Position numbers and translations under genes: made by a program
The notes under the pieces: generated by a model
Database searches by the model: none
What the model saw: only the letters and a program-made list of their open reading frames with translations
Told to the model about the DNA's origin: nothing
Origin: Octopus sinensis
Lineage: Eukaryota
Direction: 5' to 3'
DNA length: 64,000 nt
NCBI RefSeq assembly: GCF_006345805.1
Contig: NW_021835998.1
Coordinates: forward strand, 62,001 to 126,000
In this document: in pieces, positions 12,901 to 25,900 of the stretch
Position numbering within the stretch: the first letter of the stretch is position 1
Layout: each line of letters starts with the position of its first letter

Positions 12901-13539
12901 GATGCTCACTTAGCCATGGTTTTTTTGCGACTCTTTAGTGCAGGTAAAATGGGATTCAAAAGTTTTTAAATATAAAAAAATTGAGCAAATTATTTGCCGT
13001 TAGGTTGTTTCTAAAGCAAGTTTACTTTTAATGCAAACCCAACAGGGCTTGAGTGTGAATGGAAAATGCAAAGCATCATTGCATCATCCACTTATTGTAT
13101 ACGGCAGCTGGCCTTTTTGGAAAATGATAAAATCTGCTTCCTTTTTTTATCTAGATGTCAAAAATGCATTGAATTCTACTTGACGAGATCATATCTCAGA
13201 ATCTGTCCGTCTTTGCCTTCCCTTATTATATCCCATTGTGAATCTATCATATGCCTCCCCAAGTTGTCTCCTATTTGCTGGTACCGTTATTGTATCATTT
13301 TAACTTTATTTATAAGTAAAGACATCGATATTAGGGAATCCAATGAATATCTATACCATTTTCAAGTTAATTTGTCAAAAAAAAATTTGTCAATTATGAA
13401 CTTAAATTTGTTAATTACAAACTTCAAATATCATCTGCAAAACTCAAATTTACCATTTTGAAATTCAATTTTGCATTTTATCAAAATATTAGAATAGAAT
13501 AGTATTTATTGACCGAAAAGAAAAGAAAAACAAGGAAGA

Positions 13540-14760
13540 AATCATTAACGGGGAGATAAAAACAAGACACCGAAGTGTCTCTTTCCATGCGTATCCCCAA
13601 TTGTAGTCATAGTTGACAACGATTCTCCAAGACCATGAGTCTTTTAACCTTCCGTCAAGTTGTACTCCGTAAACCAATTTCATAGCGAAACGTCTTGTCT
13701 TTTCCAACTGTTCGATCAGGTAGTCACTCTCCTCCGTACCGTACCAGCCCTCGTAGCCATATGTGAGGACTGGCTGCACAACGAGATGTATACGTGGATG
13801 TACGTTTCCGGATCCAGATGGAACCTGGTTAAGCTTTTGAGAATCCTCACACTCCTCTTTCTCTGATTTGCTATATGATCTGCGTACGAGCCACGACAAT
13901 TGATGGTTGCTCCCAGGTAATAAAGATTTTTGCTTTTCGAGAGATCCATCACATAACTACTCATCGCATATGCACACGACTCCGCATAGCGACTCCCTCT
14001 CCGCAACCATGAAATGGTACTCTTCTCCGGTGCTAGGGTCAAACCCTTCTCTATAGTCCACATCTTTAGCTTTGCAATGTATGATTTAAGTCGTCTCCAA
14101 GACTGCGATATCCTTTTCGAGGTATCCATGACCAGGATATCGTCAGCATAGATGACGAGCTTGCCAACCAGGCTACGTGCGGGAAATCAGTCCAAACGCC
14201 AAAGTGACAAGCTTCCTAACTGCCTAGTCAATAGAGTTCAAAGAAACTCTATTTCTCTAATGCCTAAACATTTCAAAGGCTTTCGACAGCCATTGGTATC
14301 GGAACCTGTTGGATAGGGTACAAATCTGTAAGCCAACAGGAGAAGCTCTGAGTGCGGTGCTTCCTCTCGAACAGCAACTCATTTGTTTCTGAATCTGGCT
14401 TCCATACAAGAAACATCACGCTCCGAAAAGGGGGTGCTGCAAGGATCTTTTTTTAGTCCGCCTCTATTCAACTTGGTAATAAGCAGTTTCCCTTCACCAT
14501 TCGACGACTTTCTTCCTATACGCTGACGAAGTTCTCGTCCTGGACATCTCAAAGGACACAAAAGCGTCGATAAACGGTTTTACAGTTACATTGAGGTGAT
14601 AAAGTGGTGGTGCATCAATAAGCGACCCTGCTGGCCATGGAAAAATCGGCCTACCTCCAAATCAACGAAAGAAACTGAGCACATCAAAAACCTCGGCCCA
14701 TGGTGAAAATTACTTGCCCTAACTGTTTACAGTACTTGGGAGTCACAATCGATGCTAAAT
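13540..14760 (-). mobile_element. Degenerate LINE RT (I/Jockey/R1-like) fragment
   Basis: YADDILV, APEKS, YLGATI and QPVLTYG motifs. Confidence 0.7.
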
Positions 14761-14775
14761 AAGATAATTCTAATG

Positions 14776-15383
14776 TGTCGCGAGCGCAGCGCGCGACCGA
14801 GCGCTAGACGCGACTTTGACACCTAACAAGCCTATCATCAACAAATATATTTATTAAATTATTTAAAATTTTAACATGATTTAAAATTAAAATTGAAATA
14901 ACTTAAGTTTTCCATTGAATCCCATAAAATAATTTATAAGTAGACCTTAATAGAAAAAGTAAAATCAATGAATACTGAACGCTAATTTGGTTTAGGTTGT
15001 GAGGGGGGTAATAATTTGACAGATCTCATTGCTATTTTTTCGTTTTAATCTCTAAAATTAGGTCTTCTAATCAAAAATGAACTGTGCAGACAGGCTTGCT
15101 CCTTCAGAAGATTCTTGTTTTGACATTTTAATAAATTATGAAGCATTTAGATTTTTTCTCATTATTCTAAAATATCAATTATGAATTTTAAAATATTATT
15201 TTTATTTATGAAATCGGTTTTAAAGCTCATTCTGCTTTGGCATCGATTTTAATTTTTGTTATCGAATATATATAATCCCAAATACAAGCCTGGGTATTTG
15301 TCAATTTATAGATTTTTTGATTGATCGGATCTAGAAATTGAGTGGTCGCTCGCTGCGCTCGGTCGCTCGCTGCGCTCGCGACA
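14776..15383. mobile_element. MITE-like element with GC-rich ~29-bp TIRs
   Basis: TGTCGCGAGCGCAGCG(C/A)GCGACCGAGCGC at both ends in inverted orientation around an AT-rich non-coding core. Confidence 0.7.
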
Positions 15384-15399
15384 TAATAAATAATATATT

Positions 15400-15640
15400 A
15401 CTCATGATATAATTAAGTTAGTAATCTTTATGACCGATTCCATCACTTCTAAAATTTCTTTTGGAAACGTTTGTGGAGATAGTGCTTCTTGGTGGATAAT
15501 ACAATGTAGAGTAATCACTTCATAGTCAATTCTCTTTTTAATTAGCGTCAACGATTTTATTAAGAGAAATAAAATTTGTTTTAAAATATCCTACGACTGC
15601 ACCAACAAGATTTTTACCACGGGTTTGACACAAGAAAATC
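15400..15640 (-). mobile_element. hAT transposase fragment (GTF2IRD2/SPIN-like)
   Basis: Encodes LHCIIHQEAL...VMESVIKITN. Confidence 0.7.
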
Positions 15641-16203
15641 ATGGAGGGAATGGCCACTGAACATAGACATGGCAAGAGGGTTGACAACCATTAAGTTTCG
15701 AAGGAGACGAATAGTCTTATCGCTAGGAGAAAAGAACTGGGAATGTCAGTAAACCCATCAGAGGAGTTGATTCTCTTACTACAATAAAAAAAGAAGAGAT
15801 GTCAATACGTAAAATTTCAGCGAAGTAGCTCTCCTAAAAGAAGAAACATTAGAGTCCAACTAAAGATTATTAGAGTCTAATGGTTAGATTTTCGTATTTC
15901 TTAATAAACACACATTTTCAATTGGTCATGTTTTTTTTGAACAGACTGTATATGCTCGTGCATATATTCGTGCTCAGTTGAAAGATGTTTCTCTGAGATA
16001 AAAAAATTGGTGTTAAAAAAGAGGCTTTTCCTTTTTATGCCCCAAGCGACCCTCAATGGTTGCATTTATATCTCGCCGACATATTTGTTTCATAACCTAT
16101 TTATCTTTACCCGTATCATTTTATAGTTGCATGAAAGCAGGGTTTATGGACTGCTATCTATATGGCCATAAGTAGTTTACTTTAAATTATAAGTAATAAA
16201 GCT

Positions 16204-17105
16204 CCCCTTCAACGAACTCTCTCTGGAGTTGCCGACTGCCGACCTTCTGGAATTCTGGACTGACCTACCCCTCCCGTCCGACATGTCTGTGCAACGGGAA
16301 TGGGATGAAATCTGGGCCGCCGACTCGTTTTCGAAGATGAAACCAGAGCTAGACCAACACCGGCTAGCGTGCCTGCTTTCGGCAGCACACGAGCATAGTG
16401 GATCCTGGCTCGACGCTTACCCAACGTCATCGACGGGTTCGCTATTGGACAACGAAACACTGCGCATCGGGGTCGCTCTTCGGCTGGGGATCGATGTCTG
16501 CGCCTCTCATCCCTGTCGATGCGGAGGTACGGTGGACGTGAAAGGCCTTCACCCCCTCTCCTGCCGCCGGAGCGCAGGCCGCTCGCCTCGCCATGGAGCA
16601 ATCAACGACGTAATCTCAAGAGCTCTCAACGCTGCTGGCTTCCCCAACGTGCTTGAACCAGTTGGATTGGACAGGGGGGACGGCAAACGCCCGGACGGGA
16701 TGACCACCTTCCCATTCCGGAATAGCAATTTCCTGATCTGGGACGCCACGTGCGCAGACACGTGGTCCCCATCCGCTCTACCGTCATCTGCTTCTTCTTC
16801 CGGCTCGGTCGCGGCCGTGGCGGAAGCCCGCAAAGTAGAAAAGTACAAGAATCTTGCCACTCGGCATTCCTTCGTGCCTGTGGCTCTTGAGACATCAGGC
16901 GCTTCCGGCCCGCAGACCTCATGCTTCCTAAAAGACCTCGGTATCCTCATCGCTCGGAAGAAGATGGATGCTCGCGAGTCCTCTTGGTTGAGGCAGAGGA
17001 TCTCACTCACAATCGTGCGCGGGAACGCGCAAGCAATCCGTTCGGCTGGGTTAATTTAGTTAACTGACAATTGTTTTGTTATTTTATTTTATTTTAAAAA
17101 AAAAA
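16204..17105 (+). mobile_element. 5'-truncated CRE-like insertion with A-tail
   Basis: Intact 276-aa C-terminal ORF (SGSWL, RHGAIND, GKRPDG, WDATC, KY, QRISLTIVRGN); 13-bp TSD AAGTAATAAAGCT (16191-16203, 17106-17118). Confidence 0.9.
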
Positions 17106-17429
17106 AAGTAATAAAGCTAATCAATGAATATTTTAGTCTGCTACAATATTTTAATTAATTCGTCGATCATTACTTAATTCTAAAAAAATTCTGTTCAACA
17201 TTTTCCCATGCTCAGTGACGTTTGATTCTGCCCAGATATTAGAATAAAGGTTTCTTATCTATATTCCCCGTTTGTGACAGCGTGCCTTCTATAACGATTT
17301 CAATTCATTTAATTAACTGTTCGTGATTAAACAAAAAATGATCTTGAATGAGTTAGCAATTAACAGATTTTGAAAAACACTTTAAAAGTTATTTAATTTG
17401 TATATGTAACAAAAATTATTTGTGTTTTT

Positions 17430-17610
17430 ATTTTATTTTTTTAATAAAAACAAAGAAATAGAAGAAAAGCGTAAAGTGCCAGCGGCAAGGACGCAGTGTG
17501 CGTTGCCGCGAACAATGGCCAGACCGATGCGCTGGCGGAACCAGAGGCCTTCTCTCGGGTCCTTGAGCTTCCTCCCAGTGGACTGCCCGACCTCGTCGAG
17601 GAACAATTGT
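17430..17610 (-). mobile_element. CRE-like 3'-end fragment
   Basis: Encodes FLDEVG...DPREGLWFRQRIGLAIVRGNA followed by an A-rich tail. Confidence 0.75.
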
Positions 17611-18189
17611 TTAGTTAAGTTAAATTTTTATAGTTTGTAAGTTAATAAAGTTATTTTTTGGTTAAATTTTTTATTTTTAGCTTAAATAATTGATTTGAAG
17701 TTGAAAAATGAACTTCCATGCAAATTGAATTTTTGGTGTTAAAAAAGAGGCGTTTCCTTTTTATGCCCCATGGAACCACTGAGGGTTGCACTTACCAATT
17801 CTCCTTATTTGTTTATTTGTTTTATTACCTGACTTTCTTAGCCTGTAGCATTTTACTGTAGAATGAAAGCAGGTTTTTATAAATTCCTATCCATATGGCC
17901 ATATGGCCATAAATAATTTACTTTAAATTATAAGTAAACAAGCTAATCAATGACAGTTTTAGTCTGCTCCAATATTTTAATTAATTCGTGAATCATTAGT
18001 CAATTCTACCAAATTCTCTTCAACATTTTCCCATTTTCAGTGACGTTTGATTCTGCTCAGATATTAGAATTAAGGTTTCTTATCTATATTCCCTGTTTGT
18101 GACAGCGTGCCTTCTATTCATGATCGACTGACCACTCAAGTCATGCATGTATAATTATAGGGAACAAACATTTGTTGCTTATTAAGTCC

Positions 18190-18400
18190 TTTGATATCGT
18201 TTAAAAACATTACATTAATGGAATTCTGGTGTGAAATAAGAATTGTATATCCATTACTCAGTTCAATAGCATTAGAGAAGTTAATTCCATTTCATACAAC
18301 ATATCTGTGTGAAACGGCAATGTCACATCGTGCATATTTAAAGTCAAATTATTGAAATCGTCTTAAAGTAGAAGATGATAAAGCCAAACATTGATATTTT
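18190..18400 (+). mobile_element. hAT C-terminal dimerisation-domain remnant
   Basis: Encodes EFWCEI..YPLLSSIALEKLIPFHTTYLCE. Confidence 0.7.
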
Positions 18401-18554
18401 AATCTCTAAAATGGAAGTACAAAAATGCCATTAGGCAGTTTAATTACATATAAATTTTTATTAACAAGATTTGATTTGCCAGCCGCAAAAAGAAAACTTT
18501 AAAGAAAGAACAAGGAAGTTAATCATTTCAAATTATTGAGTCCTTGTCTTTTAG

Positions 18555-18771
18555 GTTTTCTTTTTAGTTGTTGTGCGGCGGTAACAACGGTAGGGCGCTC
18601 ATGATGTCCCATCCAAAAGTTCATTCATGTTTGGAATCTGTATGTGGTGAGATGTCATGACGGCGTCACTTGTCATAAAATTCACTCAGACCCAATCGGA
18701 GCTTCCTGCACAGGCAGCCGCTGGGAATCGAACCCTTGACCAATGAGATTACTAGCAAATTCTAGACCACT
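18555..18771 (-). mobile_element. tRNA-derived SINE candidate
   Basis: A-box-like TGGTCTAGAA, B-box GGTTCGATTCCC (18723-18734), a ~150-nt unrelated body and an A-rich tail; no full cloverleaf evident. Confidence 0.55.
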
Positions 18772-19422
18772 TTTACTTATTAAGAACAAGAATGTTTTTT
18801 TAATTTTTAAAAAGTCAAAAATAAATTTCTGACAGCAATAAAATATGAAGATTTTGTCAACTTTTGCGAATCCGTTTTTGTAAAGGAAGTTTTAAAAAAT
18901 TCATTTTAAAATGCATCTTTATGATAAGATTTATGTACTTGTGCATCTCATGCATCACAAAATAGGGGTCTAAATAAAAAAATATAATTACTTCATTTAA
19001 AACCGTAGATTCACAAGTACCAAAATTTTCTTTAAATAATTATTTTTGAGACTTCTGAGGTCTTTGGACGCAAGTCGCTTTGTTTCCTACGCGGTTTGGG
19101 GAGAAGAATCGCCAAAAAATGGGACGACCCGAAATAGTCCTTTTGGCTTCTTCAACGCCTCTCCTTTGCCGTAATCCGCGGCAACTGTTTTGCAATCCGT
19201 GAAGCTGGGAGGGCGCCCTAAACTGCGTAGTCTTCAACAATCTTTCTCCCTTATCTAACTGTCTTTTCCAATAAAATCTATTACTCAAAAAAAGATAAAT
19301 AAAAACACTGAGATAAGTGAAATAAATGTCGAGATAACAATTTAGTTGTTAAAAAAATTTTAATTTAATGAATCATTATATAAATTAATTTGACTTGGAA
19401 TAATAAAATATTAATAGTCAGC

Positions 19423-19798
19423 ATGTCTCCTGTTGATCAAACTGTCAATGAATTAATAGCAAAGTTTAAGGTATCATTGGGGAAATATATTCTCAGGTGA
19501 TGGTATTCTCAAAATCACACTGTCCATTTTGCACTAAGGCCAAAAATGTCTTCCAGAACTATATTGACGAAGAAGTCATTACTCCAGATGCATATAATGT
19601 CCTAGAAATGGAAAATCTTCCAAACTGTTCTGAAATGCAAGACTACTTGCAAACCCTGACTGGGGGACGGACTGTCTAACAAATTTTTGTAAACAAATTT
19701 AGGTCCCTCGAGTATTTATTAACGGCACTTTCATCGGAGGCTGGACCGAGCTGAACGCCTTGAACGAAGGAACAAAATTATTCAATTTGTTATCTTAA
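19423..19798 (+). CDS. GLRX: Glutaredoxin (dithiol CPFC); introns 19471-19496 and 19674-19702
   Basis: VMVFSKSHCPFC, MQDYLQTLTGGRTVPRVFI..FIGG after splicing. Confidence 0.92.
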
Positions 19799-19932
19799 TT
19801 TAATTGACTTTCTAACTAATCGTTAATTGTGGTAAATACTATTTTTCTCATTATTAAAAACACATTAAAACCAACGTGTGTTCTGACACGTTCCTTAATT
19901 CTTAGTCTTTAAGAGATGCCATCTTAATTTAA

Positions 19933-20400
19933 TGTAACGCGCCATCTGTGTTACACATTTTATCTTGTTACATTTTTGACCTATATTTTTACCCATATTT
20001 CGACAATGATATCCGTTTTTGTCAAAAATGCTGCTTAAAAATTCAATACTAACTATCGAAGAGTACAAAAATATTGTTTCTTATTTGGAAAGCAATACGA
20101 TTGATGAAATTTTAACTAGAATGAAGAAGTCAAGATTTCTAAATAAGACAAAATGTTTTTTACTAGAAGACTCTAGGCTAATAACCAATGATGGAACAAA
20201 AAATTGTAATTGCTTAAGATGATTTGGAAACTATAAAGTCTGAATTTACATTTTAAAACGCATTATGAAGTACAAAAATGAAAGAATACTCTGACAACTA
20301 TTTTTTAGTATTAAGAGATCAATTATCCAAAAAGTTTGTGATGAATATGTGGTCTGTGCTCAAAGTCAGACGTTAAAAGCACATATTTCTTTAATAAGCA
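19933..20400 (+). mobile_element. 5' fragment of an integrase-type (Ginger-like) DNA transposon
   Basis: TGT terminus (TGTAACGCGCCA) shared with the 38939 element; ORF EEYKNIVSYLE...SRFLNKTKCF homologous to 39767; degenerate zinc-binding region downstream. Confidence 0.55.
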
Positions 20401-20539
20401 TACTCACATTTTCATATCTTAGAACTCTAGTACACAAAGAACTCTAACACTTTTTTCTAAATTGTTGATCTAATTAATTAGGACAATTAATGAAAATAAA
20501 TCAACTAGCTACAACTAAAAGGTATTTGTCAAGAGCCTA

Positions 20540-21930
20540 AGGGTCAGATCTTTGACACCACAGTGTGTATCGAATGGCAGTTTCCGCAAAGCACAGTGAC
20601 CAAGAATCGGTAAAAAAGCCAACTCATCTCCCTCTGGTTTTTTTTTGACGAGATCTTCGACCATACCAACGATAGGAGTGAGTCGCCGCTTTGTCGACGG
20701 TTCCAGAGGTTAGGTGTCAGAAATATCTGTACTTCATTCTCTTCTTTTCCTAACGGAACCAGGACGAATTCACGCAAGTCGCATCCTAAATCAAGGACCT
20801 ACTCTCTCTAAATGGGAAGGTAGTCATCCAGTCGGGACGCTTTCTGTCGCTCTCGCGAAGACCAACTGGTTCCAACTTTAAAGGAAACCTGGCGAACTCG
20901 AAAGCCCTTTTAACGACCTTAATCAATTGAGTGTGGCAAGGAAATCTATCACCACTCTTTTTTCAGAATAGGGCATGCAAGCCGTTTGAAGAAATCGGGG
21001 CTGACAGATATCCAAGCTCAGGTGTAGACAGATGCGAAGAGATTCGTTTTCCAGGAGCAATCCCGCACTTGGAATGGGGAGAGCTTTGTGCCAGTCTTCG
21101 CTGTGTGGCTGGCAAGCACAGTTTAAAGAGGCTACCTGAAGTTGATCCAGTTTAGAACGAATTGACTAAAATTTTCTTGCAGTGAATGTCATCCCAGCTC
21201 CTTTGGACTGAGGGAGTTTCTGGAAAACCGAAGCCAAGTGTGTTTCAAATAAGGCAAGCAGAAGAGTATTCTAAGAGCTCATTAAGTTCAAGAAAGAGAT
21301 GAAGAAAGGGGCAAACAGGATTCTTGGAAGCTGACGAGAAAGATCTGCACAAGAGCAAATTTCGATCCCTCAGAATCTCGTGAGAAGACTGGCCTTGACA
21401 AAACCGTCATCAGCGAACCTCCAGTGTATGTGATATATGAGGAAGTCGTGAATAAGATCATCAATTCTGGATAAGGAATCATCAGCAGTTAAACATGTTG
21501 ATGAACGAAGGATGTAAGTAAGCCTTGAAATAAAAAGGAAATTCCTCACTAAGAAGAACGCTAAATCTGAATCAAGACCGCGGATTCGATCAGTTAACAA
21601 CTTAATTTCGTCGCATTTTTTAGACAAGACTTTAACTATGTCCCGCTCGGAAATTGCCGACTCCAGGATAACCAAATCATTGATCAACATGAACCCCAGC
21701 CTTGTCTATGTTGTATCGAAGGAACCTGCTTTATCCCCAACTGATGATAAGGAGGGCGGACATGACTCAACACGTACAACTCTGTCACTTTGGTGTGTCA
21801 GGTTCAGTGGACTTGGTCAAACTTAAGAATGGTAGAAATCCATTCGATGACATGTAGGAATGTCTCTCCAACGGAGTCACTTCACTCCCTATTCTGACAA
21901 ACGACCTCCGCACTAAGCCCCCTAAAAATC
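20540..21930 (-). mobile_element. Degenerate CRE-like element
   Basis: RLTYILRSS, LPVRFGGLG, LEPVGL, KRPD and DATC-like motifs, with many lesions. Confidence 0.75.
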
Positions 21931-21990
21931 AAACTATTTTTCAGAATTTCGCAGTGTCCACACAGAAGGCATTGACTGCTTGTGAATTTA

Positions 21991-22687
21991 CAGTGCACGA
22001 CAAAAGTAACCGGACAAGCCAAAATTTCCATTATTTTAAGTCATTTTAAAACTTTTTTCACATAAATCACCCTTTGTACATTAATTTACACGAAAAACAA
22101 TTTTTTAAATTTTTAATTTAATCTTTTTTTCAATTGTATTAGTTTTTGTATGAACTCTATCGGGATTGATCTTCAAATTTGGATAATTTCCTCTTTTAGG
22201 TCATTGTGACATGTTGGGGTTTTTTCATCTATTTTTCTTTTCATATATGCCCAGACGTGCTCAATGGGATTGAGATCAGGTGACTGGGCGGGTCATGAAA
22301 GAACTTTGATTTGATTTTCGTTGAAATATTCTGTCACAATTTTTGCTTTGTGGCAGGGAGCATTGTCCTGTTGGAATGTGAAATCCGTTAAATTCATTTT
22401 TGCTGCAGATTACATCAGGTTATTCGTCAACAAATTCACATATCGTCCACTGTTTAACGTACCATCAAAAAAAACTAAATTCCCCACTCCGTTGTATGAG
22501 ATACATCCCCAAACCATTGTTTTACATTTTCCATGTTTTACAGTTGGATATTTTAATTATTTTTACATTTTCCATATATGATTTAATGAATATTTTAATT
22601 AATAAGAAGCTATTTTTTTAAAAAAGGATTAAAATTGGCTAAAATAATGGAAATTTCGGCTTGTCCGGTTACTTTTGTCGTGCACTG
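21991..22687 (-). mobile_element. Internally deleted Tc1-like element
   Basis: ~48-bp TIRs (CAGTGCACGACAAAAGTAACCGGACAAGCC...), TA TSDs, and the remnant QQDNAPCH...SPDLNPIEHVW. Confidence 0.92.
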
Positions 22688-23559
22688 TAAGTAATGGACT
22701 TTTGTTTTTACCCAAATTTGACTGATTTTACTCTAATCGATGAGATAAAAGTAGTTTGAGGTTACTTTTATGGGGCCGAGGATTGCCCACTTCTCGACTA
22801 GTTAGTTGGTGAAGCACTCACACTCGAATGTGGTGAGTCATGCCCTAACCTCCCCACTTGGACTTTGCAATACATGTGCAATTTAATGTTTAAAATTAAT
22901 TTAAGGTCAACCACAAAGTGCCTCCTCATTAATTATTATCAACAAACTATGACTCATCACATTTTGGTATGTTTTTGAAAGCCCATCGCAATGCACATTG
23001 ATTGGTCATGGATGACTCATTAATAATGTACCCTGGAGATGTCAATCTGTCTCAATTAGTAAGTCGACCACAAATGATATGCATTTACAGACCCCCAAAT
23101 ACTTTAAAAGAATTCATAATTATACTCCCGCATTTTCAAACTAGTCAAGTCGGTCAGACAAAATTCACATCCGTGTTGACGGTGTTTCAGGAAATGTCTG
23201 ATTTGGTGAACATATTTTACCATGTGTGATAAGGAAAATAAAGTTGTATACTATAACACAAAGATACGCACTTTTACGTGCTGAACTTTTATTTTTTGTT
23301 ATATAAAGCTGTTTGGCTGAAAAAATTAATTGTCGGCAGGTGCCTGGAAGACGGCGCCGGCTGTCCAAACCAGAACACAGACAATAGTTTGGATGCAACG
23401 CAGCATGTCAAATGCAGGCAACAGGCAGGTGTGATTTTCCTTTAGTATCCCTGTTCCTAATATTTAGTCAAAGTTTAAACAAATTATGAATTCTAATTAA
23501 CATAATGTTAATTTTTACATTGTACACTGTGTTCGTGCAGAATAAATCTATTGCTTACC

Positions 23560-24900
23560 TACTCAGTCTGTCAAAAGCATACACTGAAAAGTAGACTACG
23601 GAAAATAATGGCAATTCCTTAACCTTCCTTAGAGAATGTGAAAACGAGTTTTTATCCAACTTAAAAGATGTGATGAAATTCCTAATGACTCAAGGCCGCC
23701 TACAAGGAAAATCCCAAACATCAAAGTCAAAAAGGACTTAATTGAGGAACTAAATTTGGTGATTAAAAAATATTGTCAAACATTCTCTTCACTATTTATT
23801 GATCAAATCTCAACAGTAATATACGCGGGACAATGTGCCTATCAAGAAATGACAAAGAATGTGAAGACAACCAACGACTGGAAGGTCAATATGGTTAATC
23901 GGAGAAATTCGAATAAAGTCCGGGATCATACAGGGAGACCCTTTATCCCACAGTTATTTACGCTTGTAATGGACCCATTGAGCCGATTTCTTTCTGCAAA
24001 GTATCTCAAAGTGAGTATTCATGAACCCAGAGCAGAATCGGAGATATATTCAACAAACCACCTATTATTCGTTGATGACCTAAAAATTTTGGCGGAAAAA
24101 CAAGAAACGATATCTATGATGATAAATGACATCGACATGTTTTTTGCTGATATTGGCCTTGAAAGAAATCATGAAAAATCTGCCACCGATTGCACAACTT
24201 TTGCTAATAAAGAGACTATACTGGACGGAATTGACGGATACCAATATTTGGGAGTCTTGGTGTACACGAAGAGACACAATGAAGCCGTAAGATTCTTACA
24301 TCTCCACTTATGTCGCCTCTTTGGATTAAAATCCACAAAAAGGATAAAATCACACTCTGTCCAGTCTATCACATCAAACGATGTTGTAGAAATCATAGTG
24401 GACACTACGATAAAAACAGAACTAAAGATACAATTCAGTAAACCTGACATTTTTGTTTATGACAAAAAAGAAAACATGATAACAATCATTGAAGTAGGAA
24501 TTACGTCGCAAGACAACTGAAAATGGTAGAAATGGAAAAGCTCCACAAATACGACCTACCCCCAAGTGAGATCGGACTGTTACATCGTGCCAAAGTACAA
24601 ATTGTACTAATTGTTTTGACGTGGGATGCAATTACAACCAAATTCTACCCGAAATATTGCCAATAACTGAAGTTACCGGATAAAATTAAATCATACATAC
24701 AGTCTGTTGTTCTCAGAGCAACCTACGAAAGCATGAACACAGAATACAAATTTGGGCTTACCAATAGCGTCGGAAAAGACACCACCGATACATTGTGTGT
24801 CGATACCAGCGATGCCCGCACTCCCAGAGCCAATATGTCCCAGAGCGGGAACAAGAGACAGAAATTGGAATGACTAAATTACTAACACTATACCTAAACT
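23560..24900 (+). mobile_element. Internally deleted R4-like element
   Basis: ORF 23756-24520 joins the N-terminal region, RT (NHLLFVDDLK, YQYLGVL) and REL (RHNE, KPD, IEVG) with large gaps. Confidence 0.85.
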
Positions 24901-25789
24901 ATCAAATAACTAAACTTAATAACTATGAAAAAAAATCAATTACATAATAATGAAAAGCGGAAATTGGTTTCGATTTTGTTTGATTCATACTGAAAAGTTT
25001 TGACAATTGGGACAAAGGTTGGACTTGTCAGAAGAACGCAATTAAAAAAAATTATCCTAATTAATAACAGGAAAAAATGTTAATAAGTAATTTCGCAAAC
25101 AACTCGACATTAATCCGCCAAGTATTCTAACTTGTACGTTAAAAATAAATACTCAACCGAGTGGGATTATATTTATATTTTAAAATCATTAAAACATTCG
25201 CTCTGGATTTATCAGTCAGATTTTAGATAACGTTTTAAAAACTCGAAAAATCAATAGGTATAACCGATTCTTAGTTTTTTCGAATCCCAGACATGCACAG
25301 TACTCAAATTGAGGGATTAACTACTGACTATATTAAAAGTATTCAAAGCGATCAAGAAATACTAGAGTGTGTTTGGTCATCCAGATTCTGTAGTATTCTC
25401 AGTTAGAATTCAACATTGGACTTGTCTTAACGCATAGAAAATCTATGTTTTTTCTTGATGCTGCTCTCTAATGTTTTTCGACGGTTTCTTTTTCTATTCG
25501 CAGGGAATTAAAGTTGTTTACTATTCCTTTCCTATAAAAATCATCATGAATAATTCTTATTTTATTTCAATAACTCATTTAAGTGAGGTATAATAGGAGA
25601 CAAGACTAGTCAACACATGATCAATGATACAAAAAGCTGTGAGATCACTTAAAAAACTTAGAAAACCCCTAGAATTAATTTGTTCAAATCCGCGGGAGGA
25701 TGCCTGCTGTAAATAAACTAATCAAATAAAAAAACTGATCAACTAAATAAACGGGTCTTCTACTCGGAGCCTACTCCAGGTAATTGGCT

Positions 25790-25900
25790 CATTAATGGAA
25801 AGGGTTACCGGCGACCCGTGTGAGCACCGGTATTTAACCTAATCGAAAGAATAGCCATAGTCAGAGGCAATATTCTGGCTATCTGCCAATGACCAGTTTT
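25790..25900 (+). mobile_element. CRE-like 3'-end fragment (same family as 38400-38500)
   Basis: Near-identical to 38405-38497; encodes TGDPCEHRYL...IAIVRGNILAI. Confidence 0.7.

Larger units (their letters stand above)
16003..18117 (+). repeat. Local duplication of a ~390-bp segment (16003-17290 interrupted, 17729-18117 uninterrupted)
   Basis: Colinear high identity between the two copies; the first is split by a retrotransposon insertion. Confidence 0.85.

Noticed and set aside
10879-17525. Shared motif TTGCCGCGAACAA-GGCCA-ACC at ~10879 and ~17503 as an ncRNA or spliced leader
   Set aside because: It is the reverse complement of the conserved GLA(I/V)VRGN coding end of CRE-like elements.
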